From Pseudobdellovibrionaceae bacterium (GTDB lineage Bacteria; Bdellovibrionota; FAC87; UBA2466; JACKAF01): a stretch of 64,000 nt of DNA. The notes under the pieces are model-generated. The model ran no database searches. It saw only the letters and a program-made list of their open reading frames with translations, and was not told where the DNA came from. The stretch covers positions 178,380-242,379 of the forward strand of contig JACKAF010000001.1 of the NCBI GenBank assembly GCA_020635235.1. The letters run 5' to 3'. Positions 49,455 through 59,716 of this stretch are shown here, piece by piece (within the stretch, counting starts at the first letter, position 1; each line of letters opens with the position of its first letter). Made by a program: the position numbers and the translations under genes.

Positions 49455-50464
49455 GGATCCAACTGTTCCAACCACTCCCGCAACCACTGAACTGCCCTTT
49501 CATCTACTAGTTTTGTGCCAATTGGGGGCATTCGATTAAAGTCGGTGGATTCCATTCGGTAGAGCACCGCGCTTTTATCAGGCTCATGGCCTTTCAGTCT
49601 AAAGGTGGATTCCATTCCGGGAATTTGAAAAAAGAGGGTCGGCTGATTCACGGCAGTCAGGAATGCCGGGGCCGCTTGCTCAGTGGTCATTTCTACGTCG
49701 TGTCTCATCCAAAGGTTTGTCCATCCCGCACTGCCTTGCGGGTTGTGGCAATGTCCGCAGTTGCCGTGCAGATAGCCCATCGAGACCCGTGCTTCAGCTG
49801 TGGCGGCATGAATTCGGGGCGCAGGATTTAGCTCCGTTTCCTGTCTATCTATCAGACCTTCCCTTGCCAGCATAAGCAAGTCGAGTCCTACAGAATTGGA
49901 AGGCATACTCAGCGGATCGCGATCGGTAGAAAGCTGAAGCGCGCCGAACCCCAAAACCGGATCGCCCCCTCTGCGGTGGCAGGTCAGACAATCAGCGCGG
50001 CGGGGGATATCATGAGAAACACCGGGAGCGACGGGATAGTGGTTGGACAAGCCTCCTGACGGCGCCAATACAGCGTCGTTTTCACCCTCCTCCCAGACGT
50101 ACGATCCAAATTCCCATTCGCCCTCCGCTACTTTCTCTATGAGACGGGTCTCCACACGGTGCAGCCCACTATCAGTATTGTAAGCAAACTCCTTCCAGAT
50201 CTTGGTGCCCAAGGGGAAAGCCCAGTGGTTGATGTCAGCACCCTCGCCCTGAGTCCGAATGGTCTGCGCCGGAGGCAAGTAGATCCATCTTCTCTTTTCT
50301 GCCCCGTCGGTCCATAGAGGGTACTGAGGATCATAAAATCTGTTCTCCGGTTTTACTTCTTTGGTTGAAATATTTGTGTAGAGACCTGTTTCAGACAGTC
50401 GTAGACTTTGCGCCTGCGCCGATAAAGCAAGGACCAAGAATGAAATACTGATGCGTAGGCGCAT
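49451..50464 (-). CDS. secreted di-haem c-type cytochrome (putative)
   Basis: Signal peptide MRLRISISFLVLALSAQAQS. Two CxxCH motifs (CLTCH, CGHCH). 4-bp convergent overlap with cyclase copy 2. Confidence 0.55.
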   Translation of the reverse strand: MRLRISISFLVLALSAQAQSLRLSETGLYTNISTKEVKPENRFYDPQYPLWTDGAEKRRWIYLPPAQTIRTQGEGADINHWAFPLGTKIWKEFAYNTDSGLHRVETRLIEKVAEGEWEFGSYVWEEGENDAVLAPSGGLSNHYPVAPGVSHDIPRRADCLTCHRRGGDPVLGFGALQLSTDRDPLSMPSNSVGLDLLMLAREGLIDRQETELNPAPRIHAATAEARVSMGYLHGNCGHCHNPQGSAGWTNLWMRHDVEMTTEQAAPAFLTAVNQPTLFFQIPGMESTFRLKGHEPDKSAVLYRMESTDFNRMPPIGTKLVDERAVQWLREWLEQLDP

Positions 50465-50676
50465 TCAAAACCTCCATGGCGGGCCCCATCTAGGCCCCGC
50501 ATTCAGTTTCCGGTTTTTTGAAGTTTCTTTGCAGCGCAAAGGGTGCAAGTTGCCGTTGCTGTCATTGCAAGGCGCCTTGTGGCACCGTCACACCAATTTG
50601 GAACCAAGTTTCTCTGTCTCGGAGGCACGAAAATTCTGGCATCACGATTGCAATCTCATTGGCTTGGAGGGGCACC

Positions 50677-51147
50677 ATGCAGCGCCTGGTAACAGCATTT
50701 GTACTTCTAGTTGGACTAATGGCACAGGGAAGCGAGGAGAACATCCGGCTAAGCCTGGTGGAAACCGAGCTCCAGGGAGACGGTGTTTCCGCAGGACTGC
50801 AAAAGATGATTCGGGTTAACCAGGATGGTGTCGCCTACGGGATTTTGCAAGGAGCACAGGGAGAAGTACACAAAGTATACTTGCGCGTGTTTCTAAAAAA
50901 AGAAATGGACGATCTCGAAACTAAGATCTCAGAAGTGGACAATGGTTCGCACACCCATCGGGCGGCACAATGTCTCGCACTCCCCACCAAGCGCTTTGCC
51001 TACCATGCTGCCAACGATTCCATTTCGCTATATGAAGCTAGCGCGCCGTGCGGCGCCTCCGATCGGAATGAAGCGCCGGCAACCTCGGCACTCATCAACA
51101 TCTTGGACGCTCTTCAATTAAGTTTTCAAGAAGAACTGGAGACTTAA
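50677..51147 (+). CDS. hypothetical secreted protein
   Basis: The internal Met of MQRLVTAFVLLVGLMAQGSEE gives a clean signal peptide. The longer ORF from 50518 has an implausible Cys/Arg-rich leader. Confidence 0.4.
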   Translation: MQRLVTAFVLLVGLMAQGSEENIRLSLVETELQGDGVSAGLQKMIRVNQDGVAYGILQGAQGEVHKVYLRVFLKKEMDDLETKISEVDNGSHTHRAAQCLALPTKRFAYHAANDSISLYEASAPCGASDRNEAPATSALINILDALQLSFQEELET

Positions 51148-51176
51148 ACTCTCCTTTTTTTCCATTAGCGGACGAA

Positions 51177-51210
51177 GGCGTGGGCACGGTGCCCGCGCTT
51201 TCGTTTTTTT
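51177..51210 (+). terminator. rho-independent terminator
   Basis: GC-rich hairpin GCGTGGGCAC-G-GTGCCCGCGC followed by TTTCGTTTTTTT, 30 nt after the stop at 51147. Confidence 0.55.
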
Positions 51211-51535
51211 ATCCAGAATTATTTGAGTTTAGGCGAGGCGCCAGCTCTTCAAAGCTGGCGCCCACTCCATTGTGCTTTCACCGTGGGACACAAAGAAAGG
51301 GTCCGACGGCTTGCAACCAGGGTACCCGCAAACCCCCGACCGCGGGGCCTCGTTGCTGAAAGCGTTCCCCCCTGTTTTGGAACTTTCAAAAAGGTGCGTC
51401 CTTCCGCAATAACCGGGATGGACGCGAAAACTGTTAACTGATTCCAAAACCTGTTGCGTAAAAAAAACGTAGCGCGCTAGGCCAGCGATGTCACAGCCCG
51501 CCATTGCATAGTGTTAACAAATGCTACCACTTCCG

Positions 51536-52792
51536 TTAACGGACCTGGCCGCTCCCGTCGATGATCCAGCGGGCGCTGGTCAATTCTCTGAGGCCGACGG
51601 GGCCTCTCACGTGAAGTTTTTGGGTGCTGATGCCGAGCTCACCCCCGAGACCAAAGGCAAAGCCATCGGTAAAACGAGTTGAAGCGTTCCAATAGGCGGC
51701 CGCACAATCCACTTCCTGCTGGAACGCACGTGCGGGTTCCGGCGAGGCCGTAACAATAGATTCCGAATGTCCGGAACCGTGCCTTTCAATATGCTCCAGG
51801 GCCGCCTCAAGACTGGGCACGACACGACAATTTAGCTGGTAATCGAGGTACTCCGTATCCCAGTTTTGGTCAGTAGCAGCCGCAACCCCCGACTTGCCTT
51901 CCAATACTTTTAGCGCCCTTGGGCAGCAAAACCACCGAACACTCTTTGAACTCAAACGTTCATACATCTTGGGCAAGAGATCGTCGGCTATGGATTCATG
52001 GACCAGCAAAGTCTCCATCGCATTGCAGACCCCTGGTCGCTGCGTCTTGGCATTCTCAACGATACTCAGACTCATTTCCGGATCGGCGTCGGCATGCAAA
52101 TAAACGTGGCATAATCCACGGTCATTCTTAATGATTGGCATCCGCGCGTTTTCAACGACATAGTTGATAAGCCCTTCGCCGCCCCTGGGCACCACTATGT
52201 CTATGAAGCGTTTCTGTTTGAGCAGAAACTCCACCAAACTTCGGTCCGGATCCGTGATGCCCCAAAACAATTGGGTCGACATTTCATTCAGCGAAAGTGC
52301 TTCTTGCAGCAAGGAATAAATAGCGGCAGTGGAGTGGCGGGATTCTTTTCCCCCACGCAAGATAATGATGTTGCCCGACTTAAAGGCTAGGGAAAAAGCT
52401 TCGAGCGCTACATTGGGTCGCGACTCAAAAATGAGCAAAATAACTCCGAGTGGGCTTCGCACCTGACGCAATTTCAGGCCATTCTCCAACACGCGGGAAG
52501 AAACTTCTTCGCCAATCGGATCCTGTTGAGCGGCAACCTGTTGCAAACTATCGGCTGCTTGCTTCAGCCTTTCTTCGCTGAGCAAAAGCCGATCCTTAAA
52601 GGCAGAACTCGCGTCTCCGGGCAGCGCCGCAAGATCCTTCGCATTGGCCTCAAGAATTGAAGGGCTTTTCTTCAGGAGCAATTCAGCGGCGGTTAGTAGC
52701 ACGGCATTCTTTTTTTCCACGTGGGAAGTTCGCAACTCACGAGCTTCTTTTTTGCAGGCGGCCAACTGACTGAGAATCTCATTTTCTGTCAT
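51536..52792 (-). CDS. proA: gamma-glutamyl phosphate reductase (glutamate-5-semialdehyde dehydrogenase)
   Basis: 418 aa. Aldehyde dehydrogenase-like ProA pattern (N-terminal MTENEILSQLAACKKEARELR, catalytic Cys region NDRGLCHVYL...). ATGA overlap with proB. Confidence 0.85.
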   Translation of the reverse strand: MTENEILSQLAACKKEARELRTSHVEKKNAVLLTAAELLLKKSPSILEANAKDLAALPGDASSAFKDRLLLSEERLKQAADSLQQVAAQQDPIGEEVSSRVLENGLKLRQVRSPLGVILLIFESRPNVALEAFSLAFKSGNIIILRGGKESRHSTAAIYSLLQEALSLNEMSTQLFWGITDPDRSLVEFLLKQKRFIDIVVPRGGEGLINYVVENARMPIIKNDRGLCHVYLHADADPEMSLSIVENAKTQRPGVCNAMETLLVHESIADDLLPKMYERLSSKSVRWFCCPRALKVLEGKSGVAAATDQNWDTEYLDYQLNCRVVPSLEAALEHIERHGSGHSESIVTASPEPARAFQQEVDCAAAYWNASTRFTDGFAFGLGGELGISTQKLHVRGPVGLRELTSARWIIDGSGQVR

Positions 52793-53568
52793 CGTTCAGC
52801 TCCTACTGATGTTCCCAAAGCTTCTCCGTCGGCTAATCGCAAAAGAACGTTGGGAAGATCTCCCCGTACCAGCGACGCACGGATGCCCGCAGCGTTGGCC
52901 TCTTTAGCCGCCTTCAGTTTGGAGTACATGCCGCCGGTTCCAAATTTCGATCCCTCCGAGGGGGCGAGTTGTTCCAACAATTCATCGCTCACCGAATTCA
53001 AGTGTGAAACGACTTTGCTTTTCGGATCCTGTTTGGGGTTCTTCTCATACAGACCATCCACGTCCGTAAGGAGGACCAGCCTGTCCGCACGCAACATCAC
53101 CGCAACTTTCGCACTGAGAGAATCGTTGTCACCGAACTTGATCTCTTCAGTGGCCACGGCATCGTTCTCGTTGAGTATGGGAACGACACCCCACTGGAGC
53201 AATGTCTGAAGGGTACGCTCTAGGTTTTGGCAGCGCACAGGATCTGCCATATCCCCATAGGTGAGTAGAATCTGGGCACCCTTGAGCCCAACGGCATTGA
53301 GGCTCAAGTTGTAGAGATCCATTAGACCGGGCTGCCCAATCGCACTCAGTGCCTGCTTTTCTGCCAAAGTCCGCGTGGACGACTCAAAGCCCGTGCGCTC
53401 TACTGCCATCGCGATCGCGCCCGAAGTAACCCAGACCACCTCTACCTGTTTCTTGGCTAGGGCGGCCACCTGCTGCATCCAGGTCCGCAATAGCAAGGGC
53501 CCGCCGTTACAAACGATCTGGCTACCGACCTTGACCACCCATCTCTTTTTTGAAGAATCAGACATTCT
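52789..53568 (-). CDS. proB: glutamate 5-kinase (short form without PUA domain)
   Basis: Amino-acid kinase fold: VVKVGSQIV..., DNDSLSAKVA.... Start taken at MSDSSKKRWVVKVGS. Confidence 0.8.
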   Translation of the reverse strand, partial: RMSDSSKKRWVVKVGSQIVCNGGPLLLRTWMQQVAALAKKQVEVVWVTSGAIAMAVERTGFESSTRTLAEKQALSAIGQPGLMDLYNLSLNAVGLKGAQILLTYGDMADPVRCQNLERTLQTLLQWGVVPILNENDAVATEEIKFGDNDSLSAKVAVMLRADRLVLLTDVDGLYEKNPKQDPKSKVVSHLNSVSDELLEQLAPSEGSKFGTGGMYSKLKAAKEANAAGIRASLVRGDLPNVLLRLADGEALGTSVGAER

Positions 53569-53614
53569 AGGCCCACTTATAGAATAGTCAGGCGATCGGC
53601 ACAAGGGCCTGAGG

Positions 53615-55174
53615 CTAATGGGATCGCCAAAAGGCGGGCATAAGAAGTACGAGAATCGCAAAGACCTCCAAGCGTCCAATCACCATCAGCAAGGAGAGAA
53701 TGAGCTTACCCGATGCCGATATCCACCCAAAATTCTCCACCGGACCAACGGCGGCCAGTCCGGGACCCACGTTGTTTAAAGTAGCAATAGCCGCCGCCAT
53801 CGCGGTGGTCCCCGACACGCCACTCCCGGCCTCTGTGATCATTATCAGCACGGAACCAAGGCCGAAAAGGAACAGAATCCCCAAAACATAAGCAAGAATG
53901 GAGATTCTCTGGTGATATTCGACATTGTGGGTCCCGATGCGTACCGAACGCAAAACACTCGGGCGAAAAGCCCGCTCGAGTTCCACCTTCATGATCTTAA
54001 GTGCCCCGATGACTCGGATCACCTTGATGCCGCCGGCCGTAGATCCCCCGCACCCCCCGATGAACATCAGCGCGACGAGGACGGCCTTTGGAATCAAACC
54101 CCACTGGTCAAAGTTCGCAGTTGCGGAACCAGTAGTGGTCTGAATCGAAACTGCCTGAAAAATAGCATCCCGAGCTGTCGTAAAAATGTCTTTCTCGTTC
54201 ACTGCACCGGTTGTCGCGTGGTACTCGGTTCCGTAGATAAAAAACCCGATGGTAAGAGAGGCCGCCGCAATAATAGCCAGATAAACGCGAAACTCCGTAT
54301 CCTTCACCGCAGACCGAATTTTTCCCAGTACCACCTTCTTGTAGAGCCCGAAGTTGATTCCGGCCAGAATCATGAAGAGGATAATCACCCATTGAACCGC
54401 AGGGCTGTGTTGACCAGAGCTCGCATTGTAAATGTTATAACCACCAGTACCCAACGTACCGAAGGCTTCAGTGATGCACGAAAACCAACCAATGCTAGGA
54501 TCCACCAGTTTCATGAGGACGATCTGAGAAACGGTAAGGGCACTGTAGATAAGTAGCAAAATCCGAGTAGTTTCTTTGATGTTCGAAGAGGCCGTATCTG
54601 ATCCGATCCCTGTCGACTCGAAGTGAAAAAGTTTTTTCCCCCCGCCGCCCAAAGAGGGAAGAACCGCCACGAAGATGACCACGATACCCAGCCCACCCAG
54701 CCAGTGGGTGAACGCACGCCAGAAGAGAAGTCCACGCGGTATAGATTCCACATTAGACAAAACCGTAGCGCCTGTCGTCGTTAGCCCACTCATTGCCTCG
54801 AAGTAACAATTAACAAAGGATAGGAACGCCCGGTCCTGAAGCGGTACAAAAACGTGGGTTTTGGCCCAGAAATAAAAAGGGAACGCGGCCAGCATGGCTC
54901 CGACCAACCAAGAAATGCTTACCAGAAATAATGCCTCGCGCTTCCCAAAATGCCCGTCCGTACTCCCGAAGAACCAAAGGCCACCTCCGATAAATCCCCC
55001 AATGGCCATAGTCACCAGAAATGCGCGGACAATCTCCACCCCCTGGCGCCAAGTGGAAACACGAAAGAAGTACTCAAAAATAGACCAGCTAAACGCCAAA
55101 ACCATTGAGGCGCTCATCAATAGAAGCAGCAAACCCAGGAGCCGCAGAACGTATCTGTGATTGATCGTTTTCAC
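53615..55174 (-). CDS. trkH: Trk/Ktr-type potassium uptake membrane protein (TrkH/KtrB family)
   Basis: 519 aa polytopic protein with repeated GxG-containing pore loops (TTTGAT, GTGGY, TTTGSA, GGSTAGG). Confidence 0.8.
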   Translation of the reverse strand: MKTINHRYVLRLLGLLLLLMSASMVLAFSWSIFEYFFRVSTWRQGVEIVRAFLVTMAIGGFIGGGLWFFGSTDGHFGKREALFLVSISWLVGAMLAAFPFYFWAKTHVFVPLQDRAFLSFVNCYFEAMSGLTTTGATVLSNVESIPRGLLFWRAFTHWLGGLGIVVIFVAVLPSLGGGGKKLFHFESTGIGSDTASSNIKETTRILLLIYSALTVSQIVLMKLVDPSIGWFSCITEAFGTLGTGGYNIYNASSGQHSPAVQWVIILFMILAGINFGLYKKVVLGKIRSAVKDTEFRVYLAIIAAASLTIGFFIYGTEYHATTGAVNEKDIFTTARDAIFQAVSIQTTTGSATANFDQWGLIPKAVLVALMFIGGCGGSTAGGIKVIRVIGALKIMKVELERAFRPSVLRSVRIGTHNVEYHQRISILAYVLGILFLFGLGSVLIMITEAGSGVSGTTAMAAAIATLNNVGPGLAAVGPVENFGWISASGKLILSLLMVIGRLEVFAILVLLMPAFWRSH

Positions 55175-56514
55175 TTATCTATGAAGAGCCTTCGCAACTC
55201 AGGTTCGACTCCAGTTGGTCCAATTACTACTAGGATATCGTTCCGTATGATGTTGTTGTTGGCTCCCGGGACGTGCACTTCACCCCCTCGCTGAATCGCA
55301 GCGACAAAGGAACCCTTGGGTAAGGAAATATCTTTTAACAGTCGATCCACCGCTTCGCCCTCGCGCACCGGCCCCACTTCATAAACGTCGGCAACATTGG
55401 GAGCCAGATTCGCGAGTCGTCGCACGCTGGCATCGTCTACGAGTTTGAGTAGCTCTCGCGCAGCAACAATTCTCGGGCTCAATGGCCAATCCACACCAAG
55501 ATTCTCCAACAGAGGCAGATAGGTCGGCATGTGGATGACTGCTGCCGTTAGGCGAGCACCCAATTGCTTGGCTTGCAAGGCACCTAAAATATTATGTTCG
55601 TCGTCGTCAGATACGGCAATAAAAGCAGTTGCTTCATCTAAATGCTCTTCCTTGAACTCGACAGGATCCGTAGGATCCGAATCCAAAACAGTGAGGTGAG
55701 GAAAGCGCTCGGAAAAATCAATGGCGCGGGCGCGGTTCTTTTCAAATACCCGAATCGCAAAGTCTCTTCTTTTTAGGTCTTCGGAAAGCCACTCCGTCAT
55801 CGAAGTGGCACCCATGATCGCCACACTATTATTCGACGTCTTGCGCGGGCTGAATAGATGCCGTACCAGCGTAAAGTGCTTAGTTTCGCCAATCAGGGTT
55901 ACCACGTCATCGGCTAGCAGGGTGGTCTCTCCCCCCGGCGTAAAGAAATGCCCGTCCCGATTTACGACCGCAAGGCGCACTTCGCTGGGAAGCTTCAGTT
56001 CGCTTAACTTGGTGCCGATCGCCTTGGAATCCGTCTCCACGGTGTAACGATGCATTTCTATTTTATTTTGAGCAAATCTTTCTATCGCCATGACGCCCGG
56101 GTCCTCTAGTTTTCCGGTAATGGCTTGCGAGGTAAGCTGTTCGGGACAAATAAGATGATCGATAGCGAACTCTTTACCGTAATCCATCAGGGTGCTGTCG
56201 ATGTAAGTCCGGTGATGGATCCGCGCAACGACCCGGCCGGCGCCCATTCGCTTTCCCAACGCCGCAGAAAGAAGGTTAAATTCGTCGTGATTAGTCGCCG
56301 CGATCAACAGATCTGCCGAACCCACCGAAGCTTCTTTCAGCGTTTCCGGGTGGCAGGAGGAACCGCGAATAGACCGCACATCCACGCTCTCCTCCACCAG
56401 GGCGAGCCTTGCTGCCGCAACGTCGATAACGGAAACCGCATGCCCTTCGCGGGCGAGCACCTCAGCGGCGTGTTTACCAACCTCACCCGCTCCACAGATG
56501 ATGATTTTCTTCAT
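55171..56514 (-). CDS. trkA: Trk system potassium uptake protein TrkA (tandem RCK/NAD-binding domains)
   Basis: MKKIIICGAGEVGKHAA Rossmann motif. A second RCK_N (AIMGATSMTEW) and RCK_C domains. 4-bp overlap with trkH. Confidence 0.85.
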   Translation of the reverse strand: MKKIIICGAGEVGKHAAEVLAREGHAVSVIDVAAARLALVEESVDVRSIRGSSCHPETLKEASVGSADLLIAATNHDEFNLLSAALGKRMGAGRVVARIHHRTYIDSTLMDYGKEFAIDHLICPEQLTSQAITGKLEDPGVMAIERFAQNKIEMHRYTVETDSKAIGTKLSELKLPSEVRLAVVNRDGHFFTPGGETTLLADDVVTLIGETKHFTLVRHLFSPRKTSNNSVAIMGATSMTEWLSEDLKRRDFAIRVFEKNRARAIDFSERFPHLTVLDSDPTDPVEFKEEHLDEATAFIAVSDDDEHNILGALQAKQLGARLTAAVIHMPTYLPLLENLGVDWPLSPRIVAARELLKLVDDASVRRLANLAPNVADVYEVGPVREGEAVDRLLKDISLPKGSFVAAIQRGGEVHVPGANNNIIRNDILVVIGPTGVEPELRRLFIDK

Positions 56515-56599
56515 GCTGTTTCATCTCTCGTTTGGTGAAACCTTAGATGATATAAGCCTCGCGAGAGAATGCCAACAATCAGGCACAAAATGCATCGCG

Positions 56600-58369
56600 T
56601 TATACGGGGGAAGAACCCTCTAACAAAATGGGAACAAAAGCCGCTAGGTTTTTCGGTAGCAGAGGGACGCCGAGCTTCTGACAGCGGGCGCGGACAGCTT
56701 TTTCATCGGAGCGACTGGTCACCAGCACGGAGTTAGCAGCGATAGAGTGCTCCGCTATGAGCTGAAGGCCATTCTTGGACTCGCCCACCAACTCGTAATC
56801 GATCAAATAGACATCCCCCGGTGATGCGTTCTTGGGGTTCTCAAACCACCGGCTAGCGTCTTCCCCAGTCGAGAAGTGACAAATCTGAACCGATCGCTCC
56901 CGCAACTTGAGAGATTGGAACCGCCCTTCCCAAACATGGTGAATCGATGGATCGTCGTCTAAAATCACAACAGTAGTACGCGGCTTAAGAACCAATTGGG
57001 AAAAAAACCAGTTGGGGATCGCCACTCGAGGAAGATCGATCTGCACGGTCGTTCCCTTGCCCTCCTGGGATTGGATCCTAATAGATCCTCCCCAGGCCTC
57101 CACGGACCGTTTGGCGTGGTACAGCCCTAGACCCGCGCCACTGGATTTACCGAAAGTTTCTCCCCGAGTCATCAAACGCGGAAGATTCTCTGCTGAAATC
57201 CCTTTCCCGTTGTCTACGACGCAGATAGTGACGGCCTCTTTGTCGGCAAAGGTTTCCACCACTACCTTTCCTTTTTTACCTAAGGCCTCTACTCCGTTGT
57301 CGATGATATTGGAGAGAACGCGCTTAAATTCCGTAGAGTTCACCTTGGCGAATAGCCCATATGACCTCGGGCCAACGACAGAATCAATCTGAATCTCCAG
57401 CTTGCCTCGGTATTGGACCCGCTTTTCAGAGAGGAGTGGTTCGACCAAGCTGGAAATCAATTCGGCTTTAATTTCCGTTTCCGCAGCTGTGTCAGTCGGA
57501 TGAGTGCGGTGCTTATCCAGTAAGCCATTTGCGATATCCCGAATTCTGCCCAGCGCCCCACGCATCAGTACTCGCTTCTCTTCTGGAAGTTGCGTGAGGC
57601 CGGTCGCCAACATGTCCAAAGCGGCAAGCGGAGAACGAATGTCATGTGCGACTTGTGCGGCCATATCGCCGATAGATGCCTGGGTTTGCAACGTAAGGGC
57701 CTTGTCTTTTTCCAAATCCCGTTCACGCATGTAACTTTGTAGTTTCTTGTAGAGTGTCACCGTTTCTTCGGCCACCCAAGGTTGGGTCCCCCCATCCCAG
57801 TTTTCCGGATCCCGGGCGAGCCGCTTGATGGGTTCGACAATAGATTTTTCAAGCTCTTTGCGGATTCTATACGTTGTAAACAGGCCAAAAAGGATCAAAG
57901 GCACGCAGAACCAAAAGACAACCGAGAATCCGGTAGCCAAACTTAACTCCGGTGTACGGCTACGAACCACCAGAAACAGCGAAGCACTAATTTCTTTTAA
58001 CGGGACCGCGAGGCAACTTTCGAAAGTAGGGATCCATTTCCGCCAGGTATCGGAACGAAGCGTGCATACATTTTCGTTTTTTACCAGTTCAAGCGAACTA
58101 AGATTGAACTGGCGCTTCAGTTCTTCGCTCAAGAGTTCAAGAGATCGTTCGTCCCCAACAAGCAACTCACTCGCGATTGAGCGCGTAATCGCGGGTGCGA
58201 CGACCGCCAAGCGGCGCTCTTCCTTGTCGATCCTGGCCCGTACTTCTTGAAGTAGCGCTATGAGCGAAAAAATGGTGACAAAGAAAATTGTCGCGATGAA
58301 GGCCCAAACCGAAGCTTTCTTGGCTATCCAATCGATAGATATGTGGGAAGTTTCGGCGATCGTTTTCAT
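56600..58369 (-). CDS. sensor hybrid histidine kinase (TM sensor, HisKA, HATPase, C-terminal receiver-like domain)
   Basis: H-box AHDIRSPLAAL. N/G boxes (IIDNGVEA, DNGKGI, GAGLGLY). C-terminal VVILDDDPS...YLIDYEL receiver-like segment. Confidence 0.8.
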   Translation of the reverse strand: MKTIAETSHISIDWIAKKASVWAFIATIFFVTIFSLIALLQEVRARIDKEERRLAVVAPAITRSIASELLVGDERSLELLSEELKRQFNLSSLELVKNENVCTLRSDTWRKWIPTFESCLAVPLKEISASLFLVVRSRTPELSLATGFSVVFWFCVPLILFGLFTTYRIRKELEKSIVEPIKRLARDPENWDGGTQPWVAEETVTLYKKLQSYMRERDLEKDKALTLQTQASIGDMAAQVAHDIRSPLAALDMLATGLTQLPEEKRVLMRGALGRIRDIANGLLDKHRTHPTDTAAETEIKAELISSLVEPLLSEKRVQYRGKLEIQIDSVVGPRSYGLFAKVNSTEFKRVLSNIIDNGVEALGKKGKVVVETFADKEAVTICVVDNGKGISAENLPRLMTRGETFGKSSGAGLGLYHAKRSVEAWGGSIRIQSQEGKGTTVQIDLPRVAIPNWFFSQLVLKPRTTVVILDDDPSIHHVWEGRFQSLKLRERSVQICHFSTGEDASRWFENPKNASPGDVYLIDYELVGESKNGLQLIAEHSIAANSVLVTSRSDEKAVRARCQKLGVPLLPKNLAAFVPILLEGSSPV

Positions 58370-59475
58370 TTGGAAACTACGTAAGCGTAATTCACTTTGG
58401 GGCCTTCGAGTGTAAAGACCGCGACTTTCATGTCTGTCTTAAAGTGATCGGGCTTTAGTCGTTTCAGGTAGGCGAGGAACGCCGCCTTGTCTTTGGGTTT
58501 CAACTGGCACAACTCGTCTGAGAGCCTCCGCACAAAATCGACGAGCATGAATGAAGCAAAATCCGGCAGCACACTCCTACCCGCATGCTCGCGACGAAGC
58601 GATCGCACCTTATAATAGTCACGCATATTGGAGGCCGAGGGGCCTCCGCGCACGTGGATACCTCTCACGGACAGAGGTAAGTTGTACTTGTCCAAGTTAG
58701 GAACCTGCTCGTCCCCCCAGAAATCAGCCCCGACAAACTTAATGGCCGGAAATTTTTCGTGTACCTGCTTGATGACATAGGCGGACAAACTGGAAAAATT
58801 TGGAATCAGCAGAAAATCCACAGGCTTTGCGGCGAGCTCGGTCATCAAGCCCAAAAGATCCGGCGTGTTGCCCACCACATCGATCCAAAAAAGACGCTCG
58901 AACTTCCCCTGGGACTGCCTGGCAAACTCCTCGCCGAAGTCTTTGCACGAAGGGCAGCTCGCATCAATCAACGCCCCGTAATGGCGCCCAAATACTCCTT
59001 TTTCCGCTCCCACCACAGCGCCGTTCGCCAGCTCATCAATTGCGGGATACATCGTAAAGAAAGGAGGCGGAAGGCTCGTTACAGCGCGCGCACCCGCCAT
59101 AGCCGACACCATCGCCGTTTCAGTAAGTCCTTTGCGTGCCACAAGAAATGGGTAGCTGGAGAGAGGGCCGAAAATAGCCCACGCACCCTCTTTTTCCAAA
59201 GCCTGCGCCCGCTCCTTGGCCGAAAGCTTGTCATCATCGTCAAAATAGGAGAGACGCGCTTCGAGTTCGTATCCGCATTGATTGAGCCGCTTGTCGTTTT
59301 CGCCGATCGCGTAGAAAAGCGCGGCCTCTAAACCGCGTTCGTAGTCGCTTAGACGTTCCTTGGGCGAAGCCTGCCCCTGGAGCATGCCGAGTTTTACGGC
59401 TATCAGCTCTTGATTGGCCCCGAAAGAGGCCCCCAGCCAAGCCACCCCCAGCGTTATCACCAGGATTCGCATCAT
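58366..59475 (-). CDS. periplasmic substrate-binding protein (type 1 PBP/ANF-receptor-like), co-transcribed with the kinase
   Basis: Signal peptide MMRILVITLGVAWLGASFG. Two-lobe PBP-like pattern. ATGA overlap with the histidine kinase gene. Confidence 0.55.
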   Translation of the reverse strand: MMRILVITLGVAWLGASFGANQELIAVKLGMLQGQASPKERLSDYERGLEAALFYAIGENDKRLNQCGYELEARLSYFDDDDKLSAKERAQALEKEGAWAIFGPLSSYPFLVARKGLTETAMVSAMAGARAVTSLPPPFFTMYPAIDELANGAVVGAEKGVFGRHYGALIDASCPSCKDFGEEFARQSQGKFERLFWIDVVGNTPDLLGLMTELAAKPVDFLLIPNFSSLSAYVIKQVHEKFPAIKFVGADFWGDEQVPNLDKYNLPLSVRGIHVRGGPSASNMRDYYKVRSLRREHAGRSVLPDFASFMLVDFVRRLSDELCQLKPKDKAAFLAYLKRLKPDHFKTDMKVAVFTLEGPKVNYAYVVSK

Positions 59476-59716
59476 CTAACACCTCATTGAGCCGGTCCGT
59501 GGTTGCGACGCTTCATAGAAGTTGGACTGTTCGTACCAGAAAGCGAGTCCCTTTGGTAGTGGAATGCGGCGTCGCGCTATGCCACAAAATAAGCTTTATT
59601 AACAGATACTTAAGAGATTGTGCTGTCGTCTCCCTCTTTGAATCAAAATTTTCTTAATTTCGTCCGAAATAATAGGAGTAGGCCCCGATGTACCCATTTA
59701 ACGAAAGGGGAGAGCC

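Noticed and set aside
50518-50676. N-terminal extension of ORF 50518-51147 (CRCCHCKAPC...)
   Set aside because: This is an implausible Cys/Arg-rich leader. The internal Met gives a clean signal peptide, so the gene was shortened to 50677.
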